Shown: positions 24,801 to 39,050, numbered from the stretch's first letter. The stretch is 64,000 nucleotides of DNA from Takakia lepidozioides (GCA_030704615.1 CM060732.1:66650001-66714000); one strand, 5' to 3'. The notes: a model not told the origin generated them from the sequence alone. Numbers and translations: made by a program.

Positions 24801-27800
24801 AGATTAGGACTGGCATCAGAAAGTATTACATTTTGAGAAGGAATTGGCAAAGGTGAATTTTTCGAGCGGCTGTGTGATAGAAGTCTGGTAATGAGTAATG
24901 TCAAGTGCAATTGTATGCTGAACAGGCTATTAAGAATCAGTTAAAAAGATGTAGACACAATCAAGAAGTGCACAACCTACGCATAGACTACTGCGGCTGC
25001 GACCCATGTGTATAAGTTGCTCACGGATGATGTGGCTGTTTTAACTCAGAAGTCGCTTGTTGAAGCTCATAATGTCTTGTTCACTCCAGGGAATTTAGCA
25101 TCACTCTTAGTGTGTGCCCTTGCATTGCTCTCTTTGGCAGGTTGTCCGCTGCAACTACACACCAATGGAAAGGAAGGCATTGGTAGAGCTGACAAGCTAT
25201 GTAAAGGGAGTAGGCACCATGATGGAGAAAGTGGACACACTAGTGGCTGACTCTGTGTGGGAAGCTCTGCATGCTCAAGTGCAGGAGTTTGTCCAGAACA
25301 AGCTGACAGTTATGCTTCGCACTTCCTTCAAGAAGAAAAAGGATTTGTCACGGTGGAGTTTCATCCCATTGCATTTGCTCATAGATCTTGATTTCTTCCC
25401 AATCACACCCATAAGCATATTGTGTGCTCATTGTATGCCCTATGACCACATCTTGTTGAGCCATATTGTCAACCACTTGGACCTGATTTGGTGTACATAT
25501 TCAAAACTATATTATGTCTCCTGCTGTGATCATGTCCATGTGGATTGTTGCCCTTCTTGAGTCTCCTGCTCTGGCACACACTTTGAGAACGCAAAATGAA
25601 CATAAACTAGTTGGGCGTGGCCCCTTTCTGTTTCATTTGCTGTAGTTCTTAAATCACCCATGTTGGCATATCCTGCTAGCATTATAGTCCATGGAAACAA
25701 TTTATGCAGGCATTCAAACACTTGACATGCATCCTGCACATTTCTACCTCTGGCATACTTGTTAGACAATTTATGAGTAGAAATCTTTTGGCTTGAACCT
25801 GCTTTTGCTCTGTTAGATCTTTCATGTTGATGCTACACTGCAAGAGACAAACCTGGTGTTGAGAGTCTAAAATGCGCAGTGCTGTTTGCTTACACCAGTC
25901 CGTACATCCCTAGGAGTGACCTAAGGGTTCTTGTTAACTCCTCTCCTGGTTCTTTTCCTAAAACTGTGGTGATAGAGGTGCTACTCCTGACACTGGTCTG
26001 ATTCAATATCCTAGCAATATCCTATCAGAGCTTCTAGATCCTTCAAAGAAAGATGTCTTCATGAGGACACACTTCTTGCTTGTTGGTTGACCTTAAAGAC
26101 TCCAAGAACATGTGAATTTTGCTTGCTTCCAATCTTGTCTCCATTTGAGTGCTATTTGGGCTTGGCATAACATTAATGCAAGTTCTGGTGTCTGAGGATA
26201 CCATGTCTTAAAGAGAAACCACCTGGTGACCATCAGCCAAAAGCTACGTTATCGTTGGTGATTCCCTGGTGGCAGATCTATTCTAGAATCTGAGTGGTCA
26301 AATGTACTACATGTGCAGAATTTTAACGGACATGAGAGTCGTAGCAGCTGATTGGATGGGGAATGCAAGCCAGTTAGATATTGGACAACTAGGTAAACCC
26401 AAGGAGGAGGATGTCGGAACTCCTGTCTCTTTCCAGGCCAGGCCTGCTGCTCCCACTGCTGCTCAGGTTATACCCATCTTACCTTTGCTTATTCCTTACA
26501 GTGTATAGATGTTATGTAATGTGGGTTAAGGTGATAACCCACTGCTGTTGCGCCATATGATCGATGTGTCAAGGAAGAGGTCCTCCTCAAGAATTTAGCC
26601 AAGAGTCCACAATCTACACTTGAGACTGAGGAAGAAATCAGTCATTAACAGCCATGTCGGGGTGGGGCTGCAGCTGCATTGCTTGCAGTTTTTGATCCAT
26701 GAGCTCGTATCAGGGGGTGCTCCAAAGAAGGCAGGGGGTTTCTTTAGTAGCAGCGACTCTGATGTTCCACCTGGGGACATGAGACAGCTTGAGAACTTTT
26801 TCAATAGGCTTGCTTTCTTCCCCCACATACTCGACTACAAAGGTACTCAAGCTCCACAACCCCAACTATGACAACTCTGTCTGTCTCTGATGTGGTTGTG
26901 CTACTTTCTCCTATGAGCTCCTGTGGATATGTCTTGCTTCCTATGGGGTTGTTTGATCTTCATAGAGTTCCAGTCTTCTTTTTATTTCCTACTGTTTGGC
27001 TTCTGTGCTTTGTCCTTTGGGTGGTGCTGTGGACGTTATACATTTTATATTTTGGGATGTAATACCTGTTCCTGCTCCTCAGCGATGACAGTATCTTACA
27101 GCCCAATGCTTGGTTGCAATGCTATCTCCATCGCCTCTACAGGCATTGGAAAGGTCCAGGGTGGGGTCACACAGCATGTGGATAGAGACTGGAAGTTGGG
27201 TCAACCTGGAACGTTCTGACCATTTGTGTCCAGCTCACGCTAGAGATGACTGGGGAGACAGACTGAAGAACATTTCTTCGTTCACTGTCCTTTCTAGTAT
27301 GTGAGCCGGGGTCGATATAGCTGATTCCTCACTGTGGTCTTCCATACGAGGATCAGAACTGCTTGGCAGCATATCTGTATGAGGCTTTCCATTTAGAGAT
27401 TCGTCTTGATCAACAGTTGTTTTTGGGCTGCTTGTTTAAGGGCCCCGTGTTCTTTCTTGTATCCTGCTTTCTTTGGCCCATAAGCTCTTTGTGCTTCCTG
27501 CAGGTGTAAGATTCCAGTGAATCTTACAAAACTGCGGTTCTATTAGGAAACATTCTCCGTGATGATAGTATTATACAGCTCAATTACTTGACTGCAACTC
27601 TATCTCCATCTCTTCTAAGGGCCTTGGGAAGATTTGAGGTGGGCTCTGGTCAACATACTATGCCTATCCGGAGACAGCCAATCCCTTACTGGAATGCCAC
27701 TATGAGGATCATAAATGCTTGGCAGCATATCTGGCGGGACACGTTAGAGAATCTGTTGATGAGTAGTTGTTCTAGGGTTGCTTGTTGAGGGTCCCACTCT

Positions 27801-30800
27801 CTCTCTTGTATCCTTCTTTCTCTTGTCCCATAAGCTCTTTGCACTTTCCATGGATGTTACAAAGTGTTTCTTTCTTTTTTTCATTCTTCCTCGGTCTTCT
27901 TTCAGTTTGTTGTCGGATTGTGTGCCACACTGTCGTTCTTGCTTACCTTCATGAGGCATCTCTGAGCTGCGGTTGGAGCTTGCCTTGCTCTTTTGGTTTT
28001 CTCATTCTGTCCTACTTCGTCCTATGGGTCCAGAGAGCCTCTCATGGGAGTACTGGAGTTCTTCTCTTTGTCTCTTTTTTAATTTCTCAGTCCTTGGACA
28101 AATCGATACAAGAGCCATGGTTTCAGTAATGGCAGCAAGCACGGTGCGGGACTCACTGTATGGTTTGACAGAAGCTTTTGTTGTGGTGAGTGAATGCAGC
28201 AACACTCGCACACTTGACGGATCTAGGGTTTATCTGGTTCCGGGAGTTCTATTTGGAAACCTCACGTGTTATTCAGGTAGTCTGATTTTCATTATCTAAA
28301 TATATCTGATTTGGAAGCAACAATATCAATCTGAGGCTGTTCATTGGATAGAGGGGCTCTCCTTGATGTTCCTGACCCTGTTGGAGCCAGTTAAAGGGAT
28401 TCAGTCCTAGGTATGAGACTCATACCGAACTTGCCATGGGCTTCAAGCACAGCCCATACCCCTTCCATCCCTCTCTAATATGAGGTTCCTCTGTTACTTG
28501 GTTCACAAGATGGATTGGATGCAGTCATGTTTAACTCATCTTCAGCTTGAACTTTTAACGGTGGGTGTGGCAGTTTCCAATCGAGTGTTCGCTGCCATGG
28601 ATGCTGGTGGAGCATGTGATTGAGTCACAGGATGCAGGACTGCTGGAGAGTGTGCTCATACCCTTCGACATGTACAATGACTCTGCTGATCATGCCCTCC
28701 GTGTGCTAAAGCAACGTTTCCTTTATGATGAGATTGAAGCCGAGGTAAGTGGCTCGCATGTATGCTGACAAGAGTCTACCCCTCAGGGATATCTAACTCA
28801 AATCTAGTTTGCGGTACCTTCTTATATGACCATGTAGAGCATAACCCTTATTTGGTGTGCATCTTGTGCACTTGACATAGATGCTGACATGCTGTCCACA
28901 TGGAGATCTATGTTGAGCATGGGATTGAAGTTGGTCTTATTTGGTGGAATACCTTCCCACCACAACTACAAAAGCAGTTACATACCTCTGTACTTCCCCC
29001 TTGATGAGTACATCCCACAATCACTGCAGTACATGAGACCACTCTTTGACGCTGTTGGTCACCCGCCATACATCCATGGCACTCTGCTGTTGGCAAACAA
29101 GGGGACAAGACAGACTATATATGGTGGTTTTTTGTACATATGGACATGCTATGCTTGGCTTATGCTAGGGATCTCATGGCAGAACACTAGACAATGAGAC
29201 AAATTAGTACCACAGATGGTCGATGTATCTCAGCAGGCACTGCTCCTTCAAGGGGTCCCCTATGGTGCTCACCTCTTTGACCAGTTCGCAATTCCTTCTA
29301 ATTTTTCTCTTGGCCCTCCATTGAAAGCTGTCACTGTTAATGCAAGAGCGGTTTTTGAACCATGGCAGGTAGATTTATGCTTTGACCAGCTGGTGTTCAA
29401 GTTGAGTCAGCAGATGTTTGCCCACTACAAGAGCCGTGCTGCCAGGTAGTTATCCAACCCCTCTATTTCTCATACTAGTGACATTAAACTCGTTGAGACA
29501 AAACTATATAGAATCAGCCATTGACCTGAGCACTTATGTTGCTCTTTTCAGTTGAGAAAATCTCATGTATTGGATAGGTATTGTCTCAATTCAACTAAAC
29601 TAAGAGCCATCAACCTTGAGGTCCAGACTGTAAATTAATAACTGCATGGATGGTGAAGCTGGGTACCTTCTAATCATATTGGATGTTTTGATCCCTTCTG
29701 AGCTTGATTGTAGCATCAGGGTGATGATTAAGGCTGATTTGGTTGGTATTAACACTTCAACTCTTGGTTGTTACATTTTTCACGGACACATTGGTGCAAT
29801 TTTGCTCATCTGCTATCCTTTGTCGTGTATTTGTCTGATTATTGTTATCATGAGAGGAGTTGTTGTTCTATTGAGTCTTCTGTGAAAGCTGTATCTAACA
29901 TTGACATCTCTGTGGTTTTGTCACTCATGAGCTGGACAACAACAGCAAAATGTTGGATCTTGCATTCCTAGCAACCATTGCAAATCGCGAGAAGTACTTT
30001 GTCTTCCCCAAACGATATGATCCGCTCTTTAGAGTCCGGCGTGTGAAGGTCTGTGGTCAGACCTTGTGTGCCTGCAGAAATTACCTTGCACTTGGTGTAT
30101 GGATCACACTAGTTTTCTCAGCATGACACCATGAAGCTCAGTAACGGGTCTATGTGCTGTTGGTTAAATAATGAGTTTCTATTGCTCATTAGGCAACCCA
30201 TGGTACCCCCTTTGGATGTTAAAGTATTTTCGTATCTTACATGCTGTCAATCAACTATAGAATGGATAGAACTGCAGTAGGATGGGATACTTAAGGGAGG
30301 CACTAACATTTATCTTCATTGGTGGCAGCTTATGGGCCGCAGCATTGACCTTACATTTCTCATTGGACAACGAATGAACAAGATATTTCGAGAGAACCTG
30401 GATTTCTTGTTTGAGCGGTTTGAGTCACATGACCTCTGCTCTATTGTGGTATGTACGCTGCAAGTTTTGCAGTATTAAGTTCACCTCTGCAGCATACGTC
30501 GTTCTTGAAATCAATTGGTGTAGGTGGAAGGAATAGAAATAAGTTGTGGCGTTCATTAATTACTTTCAACTTAACACATTACTACACTGCTATGCAGTTG
30601 AAAATGCATTGTATTACTCAAACAAAATCGATATGAACAATTTCGTCTTGGTGTATGATGACAAGGGCAGGACTTGCAGAGACTTGTGGAAATACTAAGA
30701 TTCACACATGAGCTGCTCTCAGAGCATGTCACCATTGATCCCTTCAATCGTATGTTGGGAGAGATGACTGAGACCATTTCTTTGGTGTCATTCTCAGGAC

Positions 30801-33800
30801 GTATTGCTTCACAGGTGAGCCTCAACTCGCCACAGAGTGCCTCTGCCAGTACTCAGTCATGTGTAGCCTGTGAAAAAGCAGAGTTGTTGTGACAGAGATG
30901 TCCTTTGTTCACTATTAGCTGCTTGGTTGGATTTGATAATAGTGAGGATAAGGAACTGACAATCCACGACAGGATGGATGGAGAAACCAATGACTACAAG
31001 AGCAAAGAAACATTCTATACTACTGTCTTAAGGCTTGGCCTCATATAAAGTCATGTTTCTTATGCAATTATGCACAGACTGGACATGGAAGGTTCTGAGA
31101 AAGGGGCTGATGAATGGGTTGAAACTGGAAACCTCCAGAACCCAGCAAATCTAACACTAGTAAATGAGATGAATGTCATTTGATGCTATGTGTATTCTTT
31201 GTGAGACAGGTGTTCCTTGAGCTGCAGAATGATTTCTTTTCCAATTACACTCTCTGCACTACAACTCAGCGTTTTGTACGATCTCCCAAACCTTGTCAAC
31301 GTCCTGTTCGAAGGCCCCCTTCCCCCCATGCGGACTCCAGCTTTCTCTGTGGCAACCACGTATGTCTTTATTTGGGCATCCTACTTAGCATGGATTGGGA
31401 AGGAGAGAACTTCGGAGGGTAGACTTTTGAAGTTAGTCTAGAAAATCTCGTGCTTTGGTTCCATTGGCCAGAAAGGCCTTCTGTACGCTTTGGGATTTCT
31501 TCTTCACTCAATGTCCTAGTTTCCCCATTTTTCAACTCTAAAAAATGAAAGCAGAGACAGTGAAAATATTTTGCATAGAGTGAGGGTATACAATGTACAG
31601 CATGAGAGCTCTGTGAGCTGGCAATGGTTGGGTGTGCACAGGATCTGAATGCAGCACATGGAGTTTGGGCAGAGCTGCAGAGCAAGTTTTATGGTCTACC
31701 CCACATGTTTGCCATGGTCAAGTTGCTGGGATCGCGATCACTGCCATGGCTTGTCCGGGCCCTGCTTGACTACCTCTCGAAGAAGGTGTGCTGTTATGTT
31801 TAACATGCTCCTAGGCTAACAAAAACAAGTTGGATTGTAAGGCAGCCACTTGGCATCAAACTGGGCTGTTATCTTTTATGACTTTCATGAACTCTTCACT
31901 TTGTTTCACCAGATATCAGCCATGGAACCAGGCATTGAAGAGATACGGGGAGCCATGCCCAAGGCCATCACCATCCCACCTTACGAAGAGGGTGTTGAAG
32001 GTTTCTCAATCCTTACCTCATTCTCTCCTGATAGTTTTCAACGTCGCCCATGTAAATTTGTGTGAACTGTAACGGATAGGACATTTGCCAATGTGTTTTA
32101 TAGAAACACTGGGACTGTCAGTAAGCCTCCATTCTCAAATTTAGTGAGCAGGCAAATGCAAATGTCAAATCTGATCCCTATGAAACTACTAAGGTCACCA
32201 ACCCCCTCCCCCCCACCAATAGACCCCATAGGACAAAACTGTCCCGGCTGGATGAATATAGCATGAAATCGATTGGTGCCTGGTTTTCCAGTGCTTTCTG
32301 TAAGTTGACTTTCTGTGGACATTCTAAATTCCTTCCTTTTCTCTTTCCACAACCAAGACCCCCATCTGCAAGCTTATTCAAGCTGTTCTCTTGCAGAAAA
32401 GTGGCAGAAACTCAGTACCAAGATGTGAACAATGATATGCCCGTGAATTTGAGTGTAGACTATATGTGATCTACGGGAACTGATGAAGTTGGTAGGGAGT
32501 GGTGGCAGCTTGTCACTGCCACACATGATGAAGTTGATGACAGAGACTTTGTGATTGACAGCACAATGTTGAGACGGCTTTCTCTATGTTGCCTAGTTTA
32601 GGTATTGACTTGCACTCATGTAATATCTTGTTGCCTGATGGTGTTGTTAGTCTAGTTACATTGTGATTGTAATCCAGGCTCCTGGTGATTATGGTTTCTA
32701 TGTGACCAATAACCACTTCAAGTTATCAAGAGTGTGATGGTTTCCAGTGGTTGATCAGAAAAAGCTTACAAGTGACTGATAGGTGTTGCTCTTGACAGGA
32801 TGCCTAAAGAATTTCAGAGAGCAGCTGCAATGGGTGACAAACTTCAAGGGGAAATCCGTATTGCTTCAAGGGCTGAAAGAGATTGGTAGCCTCATATTCT
32901 GGATGAGCCTTCTTGATACAGCCATGGTAAGAAACACTTTGAAGTTACCTGTGCTCCACATTTACTCATCGACATCTGCAAACATTGGCTCAGATCGTTA
33001 AGACACTCCATCAAAAAGCAAAACCTGGATCCTAGCCTGGTTAGGTAGCCCTCTATATAATATAGTTGTAGCATATGTGGGCAACGGTTGCACTTCCAGT
33101 GACACTATTGTGAGACCATTAGAGGGCAAACAAACAAAATGACAGAAGATGAAACAGTCAGGCTGGAATATGTGAAGGCCAGGGTGTGTTCTAGTTTTAT
33201 TTCCCATGGTGCCGGATGCATGTTACTCCCAATGGGAGGGTGTGACCCCTAACAAGGGGGGCTGTGTCTGCCACAATATATTCCAGAGACAGACAGAAAC
33301 GGTGCACTTTATGCAAGTGGTTCCATGGCTAGGTGTTGTTCCAAACAAGGAAGGCCAGCTACAGCAGCTGCTTTGTGATGATAACTATAGTCCTTTGGTC
33401 AGTTTATTCAAGCAAGCAACCAACGAAGTTCTCTCGGACCCTGCTTGTCCCCATGCTCCTGCCTTCCTCTCAATGGCCAAGCAGGCAGAGGTTGCAGGTG
33501 TGTAAACTACCCTTCTTGTTATCTAGTGTAACAGTGGGAGAGAGAAAACTCCTAGAGACTCCTTACAATCAAAGTCAGAAGGGGATATTGTCAGTAGTGT
33601 TCGTGTAGCTTCAGAGAATGGATTTAATGGTTATGAGCCAATAAAGAGGAGAGCTTGCAACCCAGTGTCTAGAAAAAGTTGGTATGAGTTGCTTTTTTTG
33701 AGTGTTTTGATTGCCTCGATGGCTTGTGGAGTGTCTGTCTGAAATTCCAGTGGTGCTGTTTTTGAACTGTTGCTGTCACTGAAATTTGGCACAATCAGGA

Positions 33801-36655
33801 GGGAGTGCCAGAAAGAGCTAAAATTCTGCCTTCTGGGCTGACGTGTATTTGTAGATATACTTTACATGAACAACCTACAAACGGGGAGTATTCTCGACTA
33901 CACCCTTACGTATCTTACGGCAGTACTCGCCCATGTGCGTGAGAAGTGGGATGTACCATCCAAAACTGGACTCATTGAGATCACAACATCAAAAGAGTAT
34001 CACCGGATCTATAGTGGCCTTCAATTTGTGAGCTCTCCTAACTAGCGCTTTCATTTGATGCACCAGATCCTTGGTTGGCTTTTATGGGTAAGATGCAATA
34101 GACTGAATAACAGTCGTTCTCTTGGTTCATCTCATAATAGCCCAGAGGTTGGGGTTGACACAGTACTGTCGGTAGTCTCTTGTTGGAGGTTATGTTACTG
34201 GGTCTGTTCAGCTGTGGTAAACTCCCTTATCTTTGGGCACCTATGGCCAATAACTAAATTCCCTCTTTCTGCGAGACCCTGTGTTGTGAGGCACCAAAGT
34301 TTATGCTGGCTTGATTTGATGTCATTCTTCTTCTCTGTACTGATTGGAAACGCTTAGGTGACCAATTCACTAAGTCAGAGTACAGGAAAACCAAAAGGCA
34401 GTGGAGAGGGCCTAGAGACCAATTATGTTCTGTACTCATGCTAGTTTGCAGCTCAAAATTAACGGAACTCATCTTAACTGGCCTCAATGACAGCACAACA
34501 TGCAAGGATTGTCACCGAGTCTACAGTCGCTACTGTTTGTAAGCTCTCCGTTCAATCACCCTTTATAATTTACTCTCCAATCTATTGTTATAATTTCCAG
34601 TCCCTATGATGCTAAATGTAAGTTCATGACACTGTAGATTAGTGAGTCTCAATGTGTTTGATCCGGAGGCCAGCAACGACATGGTGCCGGATGGGGGGGT
34701 TGGTATCCTGTGAGCACAGCGTGTGCGTGTTCACGCCCGCGTGAGCACAACCCACGGTCATGGGAAACCTCGGTCATAGGAGTTATATGTTCTCAGAACG
34801 GAATAAAATCATAAGCGGGTATAGAGGACTGGTGCATTTGTACAATACATTTACGCCAATTCAGCGAGGCGAAACCTTTAGTGGTGTAGCCAAAAACCCT
34901 AAATCTGTAGTGGCGGCAGTGAATTTCGCATTGAGAAATACTTGGTGATATGGGCACAAACTAAGCAGCGGTGAATTTCGCACTGAGCAATACTTGGTGA
35001 TATGGGCACAAACTAAGCAAACGGTGGGTTTTGCATTGAGAAATCCCATCACCCAAAAATCCTACATAAAAAAGGAATGGGTGGGGGGCTTGAAAAGTGA
35101 ACTATCTTGCTAAAGAACACACAGTAGAGCTCATTTCTGCCTGTTCAGTTCAGTTATCAACCCAAGCCCTTCCTGCCAGATTATTTTGGTGAGCATATGC
35201 AGTCAATTGGAAGGATTGGACGTTCTACCTCGGAGAGTTTGGATGGTGACAATCAACAATGCCCACCTTGTCATCTAATGAGATATAGTTAATAGACACG
35301 TTTGGTAGAGAGCTGATTCCCCCAAAATATTAGAACCTTCTGTAAGTGTAAACATGTCTGTGGTCTATGGTGCTTGTGAAACGGTGTTGTAATATCATGT
35401 TTGTTGCCTATCAACACAGAAAGGCCAAACTGAACCTGCTGAGGATTGTGGAACCACTAGCCTGACTACCCTCATGGACTATTAGCATTTGATACCGTCC
35501 TTTTATGATCTGTTGGTTGGTGTGCGCAAATTAGGATGATCTTTATCTTTCAATTGGGTTTGTCTGATGCGCCTCAAAGTCAAAAGGCATACGTGCGCAA
35601 AGGATTGTCGTGCTAAGCTCATGACGGTTGATGTGAACTGACCACCATAAGGCATGCCATACATAGAACAGATAGATAATAGTGCACATACATGCTGTGA
35701 CATCATTTGCTGTTTGCTGGCAGGTGTCTAGCCAAAACCCAACGGAGGGCGAGACCTTTCAAGAAAGTTATGGCGATGCAGTTGCATGGGGGGGCTGTAC
35801 CATCGTTTATTTGTTGGGCCAACAGCTGCGATTTGAACTCCTTGACTTTGCATATCATATTCTCTCTGTGGCAGAGGCAGAAGCATTGCCAACAGCCCAT
35901 TCCTATCTTTCTGACAAAACAAAGGCTACGTCCCCTCCCTACTCTCTGGTAATTCTCAATAGTCAGTCTAATCAAATCCCCCATTGTGTTTAGTTTAGTA
36001 GGAGCTGTAAGCATACCAAGAGGATCAACAAAACATTCACAAGGGTTACAATTTAAGTAGGTAACATTCAGGTGGCACTTTCAATTGGCAGTGCCAGTTA
36101 ATCAGCGTCCACCTCGTAATGGAGGCAGTAGCCCTAAAGTGTGGGGAAGGCAGCAAAGATTATGCTGTTGGCAATTGGCATTGTCTTCTTTTGGAGTGCT
36201 GGGGCATGAATATGCATAGTAAAAAATTGCGATCTCAATATTATATGGCATTATATCAAAAGTAACCTTGCCGATGTAACCCCACACCATCTTGAAAGGT
36301 TTTTCCTTAGATATTTCAAGCCATATTCTTTCCTAGGAATCCCATTGTTTTGACAACAGAAATTTATGTTTTTGTCATTGTGCAGGAAGTGGCAGCCTTC
36401 TTGGACAATGCTAAGAAAGCCCGAAGGCTGAATAGCCATGTCTTCTCTTTGTTACGAACACGGGCACCACAGGAGGATAAACTGGCATTAATGATCAAAC
36501 AGAGCGGAAGTGTTGTGCATCGAATCAAGTACCCAGTAACCCCATCTTTATTTGACACTCTGCCCTTGAAAGGTGTGGTCACATTATCCAACCTTGTGAA
36601 ATATTGGTCTTGTAAGTTAACCAGGGCAGTTGAAGGGGGCTGTTGTTTGACATAA
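15844..36655 (+). CDS. PIR: PIR/SRA1/CYFIP subunit of the SCAR/WAVE complex (~1,300 aa, 30 coding exons)
   Basis: Exons: 15844-15897, 17174-17246, 17495-17559, 17837-17914, 18476-18595, 19072-19142, 19572-19664, 20247-20316, 21075-21139, 21692-21887, 22353-22504, 22827-22920, 23218-23430, 25141-25352, 26319-26466, 26674-26842, 28200-28276, 28574-28744, 29369-29445, 29946-30048, 30329-30448, 30671-30814, 31210-31359, 31642-31785, 31913-32000, 32799-32926, 33287-33497, 33855-34027, 35724-35948, 36386-36655. Phases are consistent. Motifs include MTVPVEEAVAALSTFSLEDDQP, LYTYRSCVKALPQ, WFREFYLE..IQFPIECSLPW, LKQRFLYDEIEAE and GDAVAWGGC. The end of the last exon is uncertain (possible donor after ...LPLKG near 36572). 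Confidence 0.95.
20364..20648 (-). mobile_element. Partial copy of the solo-LTR-like family (PIR intron 8)
   Basis: Reverse complement reads TGTACTCATAAGACGGTGTTTGCCGTAGCCTTGTGGCCATAGACC... and ...CTCAGCCTCAAGAATTTCAAAGTTGGTGAACAGA, matching 49004-49308. Confidence 0.75.
21140..21691 (+). other. U12-type GT-AG intron (PIR intron 9)
   Basis: 5' site GTATCCTTTT; branch-like CTTAAC at 21666-21671 about 20 nt before TACAG; no polypyrimidine tract; the exon join is in frame. Confidence 0.85.
22505..22826 (+). other. U12-type intron with AT-AA (or AT-AG at 22823) termini (PIR intron 11)
   Basis: 5' ATATCCACTT; branch-like CTTTGAC at 22811-22817. The join GA|G TAC CAG gives ...EALE-YQKEYL..., collinear with the PIR family sequence as recalled. 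Confidence 0.75.
22716..22748. repeat. (AGGAG)n microsatellite inside the AT-AA intron
   Basis: aagaaggagaggagaggagaggagaggagaggga read directly. Confidence 0.9.
23560..24740 (+). mobile_element. Head-to-tail array of ~240-bp LINE 3'-end fragments (PIR intron 13)
   Basis: Units start near 23667, 23930, 24148 and 24398 with GGGAGATAC/TATTGTCTATTCC, pass through GAGGATCAGAAATGCTTGGCAGC and CCCATAAGCTCTTTGAGCTT, and end in a (CATTT)n-like tail. Partial units lie at 23560 and 24647. Confidence 0.75.
27083..27890 (+). mobile_element. Two longer 5'-truncated copies of the same LINE 3' end, including the ORF2 C-terminus (PIR intron 16)
   Basis: Translation RVGSHSMWIETGSW..LERSDHLC, then a frameshift to EEHFFVHCP (non-LTR ORF2 C-terminal Cys/His region), followed by the same YEDQxCLAAYL-encoding block and CCCATAAGCTCTTT. 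The second copy starts near 27560. Confidence 0.7.
34919..35044. repeat. 52-bp tandem repeat, ~2.4 copies (PIR intron 28)
   Basis: GTGAATTTCGCA(T/C)TGAG(A/C)AATACTTGGTGATATGGGCACAAACTAAGCA at 34919 and 34971, with a partial copy at 35024. Confidence 0.9.
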
Positions 36656-39050
36656 TGTAAAGTCCTAGGAACCATGATTGTATCAGGAAGTTGTCATTTG
36701 ATAGTATTCTTCTGTGGGACAGTTAGTAGGATTCTGGGATGTCCATCTGCCTTCAACATCAATGTGTTCATTCATGGACAGGATAGGTGTTCCAAGTTTC
36801 CATGCTTAGACATGTGGGCCTGAGACAGGGATCCCTGCACTTTGACTGTGGGTTGGAAAGGACACATTCACAATTACCATTGCCCTTTTACTTTTTGTGC
36901 AATTGTCTGAGGAATTACTACCTCGTTTAGAATCTGGCTAAGTGGCAAAGGAAGCAACTGAGACTAACCAAAAGTGGGGTTGGAGCAGGAGCTACAGAGG
37001 CATCCGCACCATCATGAGTGTTCTGTGATGAGTAGAGGAGAGAGATCAATACGCCCTTCTTTTGGTTGTAGCAACAACCCCGTGCTCACTTTGGTTGAAA
37101 CACACAGATGAAGCAGAGGGAGGGGTTTGACCAAGAGGAGAGGCGAATGTGGTGAGCTACCATCTCAAAAGGCCCATCCAGAGATGATGAGACACACTCA
37201 ATAGAATTGGCCTAGCCTACAGCCACTCCAGAGCTGAACAGAAGTGAGAAAGGACTTGAGCAAGGACAGGTGACACAGGTGCACTGCACTAAGTATACTG
37301 CTCATGGCCTGCTGGCAGCACTATGTGAATGGGGTGCATACGCCCAAGTACCCAACCCTGTGGCATGAGGATCAACATGAGGAAGGAGTGCCTGTCTTCA
37401 GATTCAATTCCTAGTTAGATTCGTCTGCCCAACCCCATGGTTAGAGCTGATGAAAGGAAAAGATGGGAAGGAAAGGAGATTGAAGGATATGGTAGTTACA
37501 ACATGCCTCTCTGGCGTATGGATTCTAAGAAGTGACCGATAGTGGAGAGATGGGAAGCTCTGGTCCAAGAGCTCTCTTTCAATGAGTCCACCACACCATA
37601 GACTGCTAAGTCCTTAAATGTAGACTTAACTTCTACCAAACAATTTTGGAAGATGTGGGCGTTTAACCCTAAATTATTATACAGTCTGTACTGAGATTTA
37701 GGTGTCTCTCAACTGAATTCCTTGGCTGTAAGCTTTGCTGACTGCTGTTAGGAAAACCTTCTGCTACAAAGGATGAAAGCCATTAAATTCACCCCGTACA
37801 ATTGCTCTGGAATTTTTGTAGCAATACTCAAATCTTTTGAAGCAAGGAAACCATTGTTTTATTTCTAGTATCCCTGCTCAAAGCAGGTTGTCCGCCTGAA
37901 AGATATTGGATGTTCTACAAGGCAATCTTCGAAAGTGGAAGATGAAGTTCCAGAAGATGAAGTGCCAGACCCTAAGATCCTGCTTGTGAAAGTGTTGAGC
38001 TCAAATAATGTTGTCTACTCGAGGAACAATTGCGTGGGCTTTGCGATTTCAGATGGATGTGAATTTGGGGGGATGTGCAGAGCAGATGTCTGCCAATTAC
38101 TGAGGTGACGCAGATTGTGATTAGGCTTGTACTATATAGGTCATAAAACTTCAAAAGGCAAAGGAAAGGAAAGTGGGCACACTTAGCTACTGCCAGCTTG
38201 AATGTCAGCAGCAATAACTGAGTAATGGCAGCTATGTTACACCGCCAAGACATTTAATGGGCTCAGTGCGTGTTGTAAGAGAGACTCTCAAGCTGCCACC
38301 GGTGACCGGGCTAATTCAATTATGAAGGACTGTTGTCCCGCATCACGCATGTGAAGATTCAAATCTGCAATCAGTCTCGTCCGTGCGCCAAAGCTACCTA
38401 AACCACTCTTGGTTTCGCACTCATTCCCACACATGCGAAGGTTTGACTAAGTAGAACATTCAGAAACCCACGCGCCCAACAGCCATATCTGTCCCTTTGT
38501 GTAGGAAAAAACAGCTCCTGGGGAGTGAGCACTGAGGATTGTCGTGTATTTCCGTCTAATATTGTGCAGCTAGCCTGTTTCCTTGCATTCCCATGTCTAC
38601 AGAGGAAGTATTGGAATAAACAATAAACACCCAAGTCAGAGGTGAAGGAGGACATACATATACATCCTCTTGCTTCCTCTGCTTTCTCATGTGCTGGCTC
38701 ATTTCATGTTGACAACTCGCCTGACATAGCGATCTTTCGGTATGCCATAAATTCAGCAGAGGCAACAATAGACGGTCAGGCACAGAGCACATGACCTGTG
38801 AAGACCAGCAGCAGGCTCCTTCTATTCATGGGTAGGCTGCAGGGTGCAGCCATTACCCTTGCCTGAGCCTTGCAGTGCAACTGCAAGAGCGGCTACTTAA
38901 GTTACCAACCATGTCTGTAGTCACTGCAAGCGGCCTTTCATGACGGGAACAAGAGTCTCCAGGTGTAGTGCATAAAACAGTACATTTCCGTGTTGTTTTC
39001 CAATACAAAAAGCTGGCCATTTTTTAGCACCGCGTCCATGAATGCTTCTA

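Noticed and set aside
37860-38100. Possible extra terminal PIR exon
   Set aside because: AG acceptors exist, but the translation has no family similarity and the conserved protein is essentially complete at ...LPLKG. It cannot be decided without transcripts.
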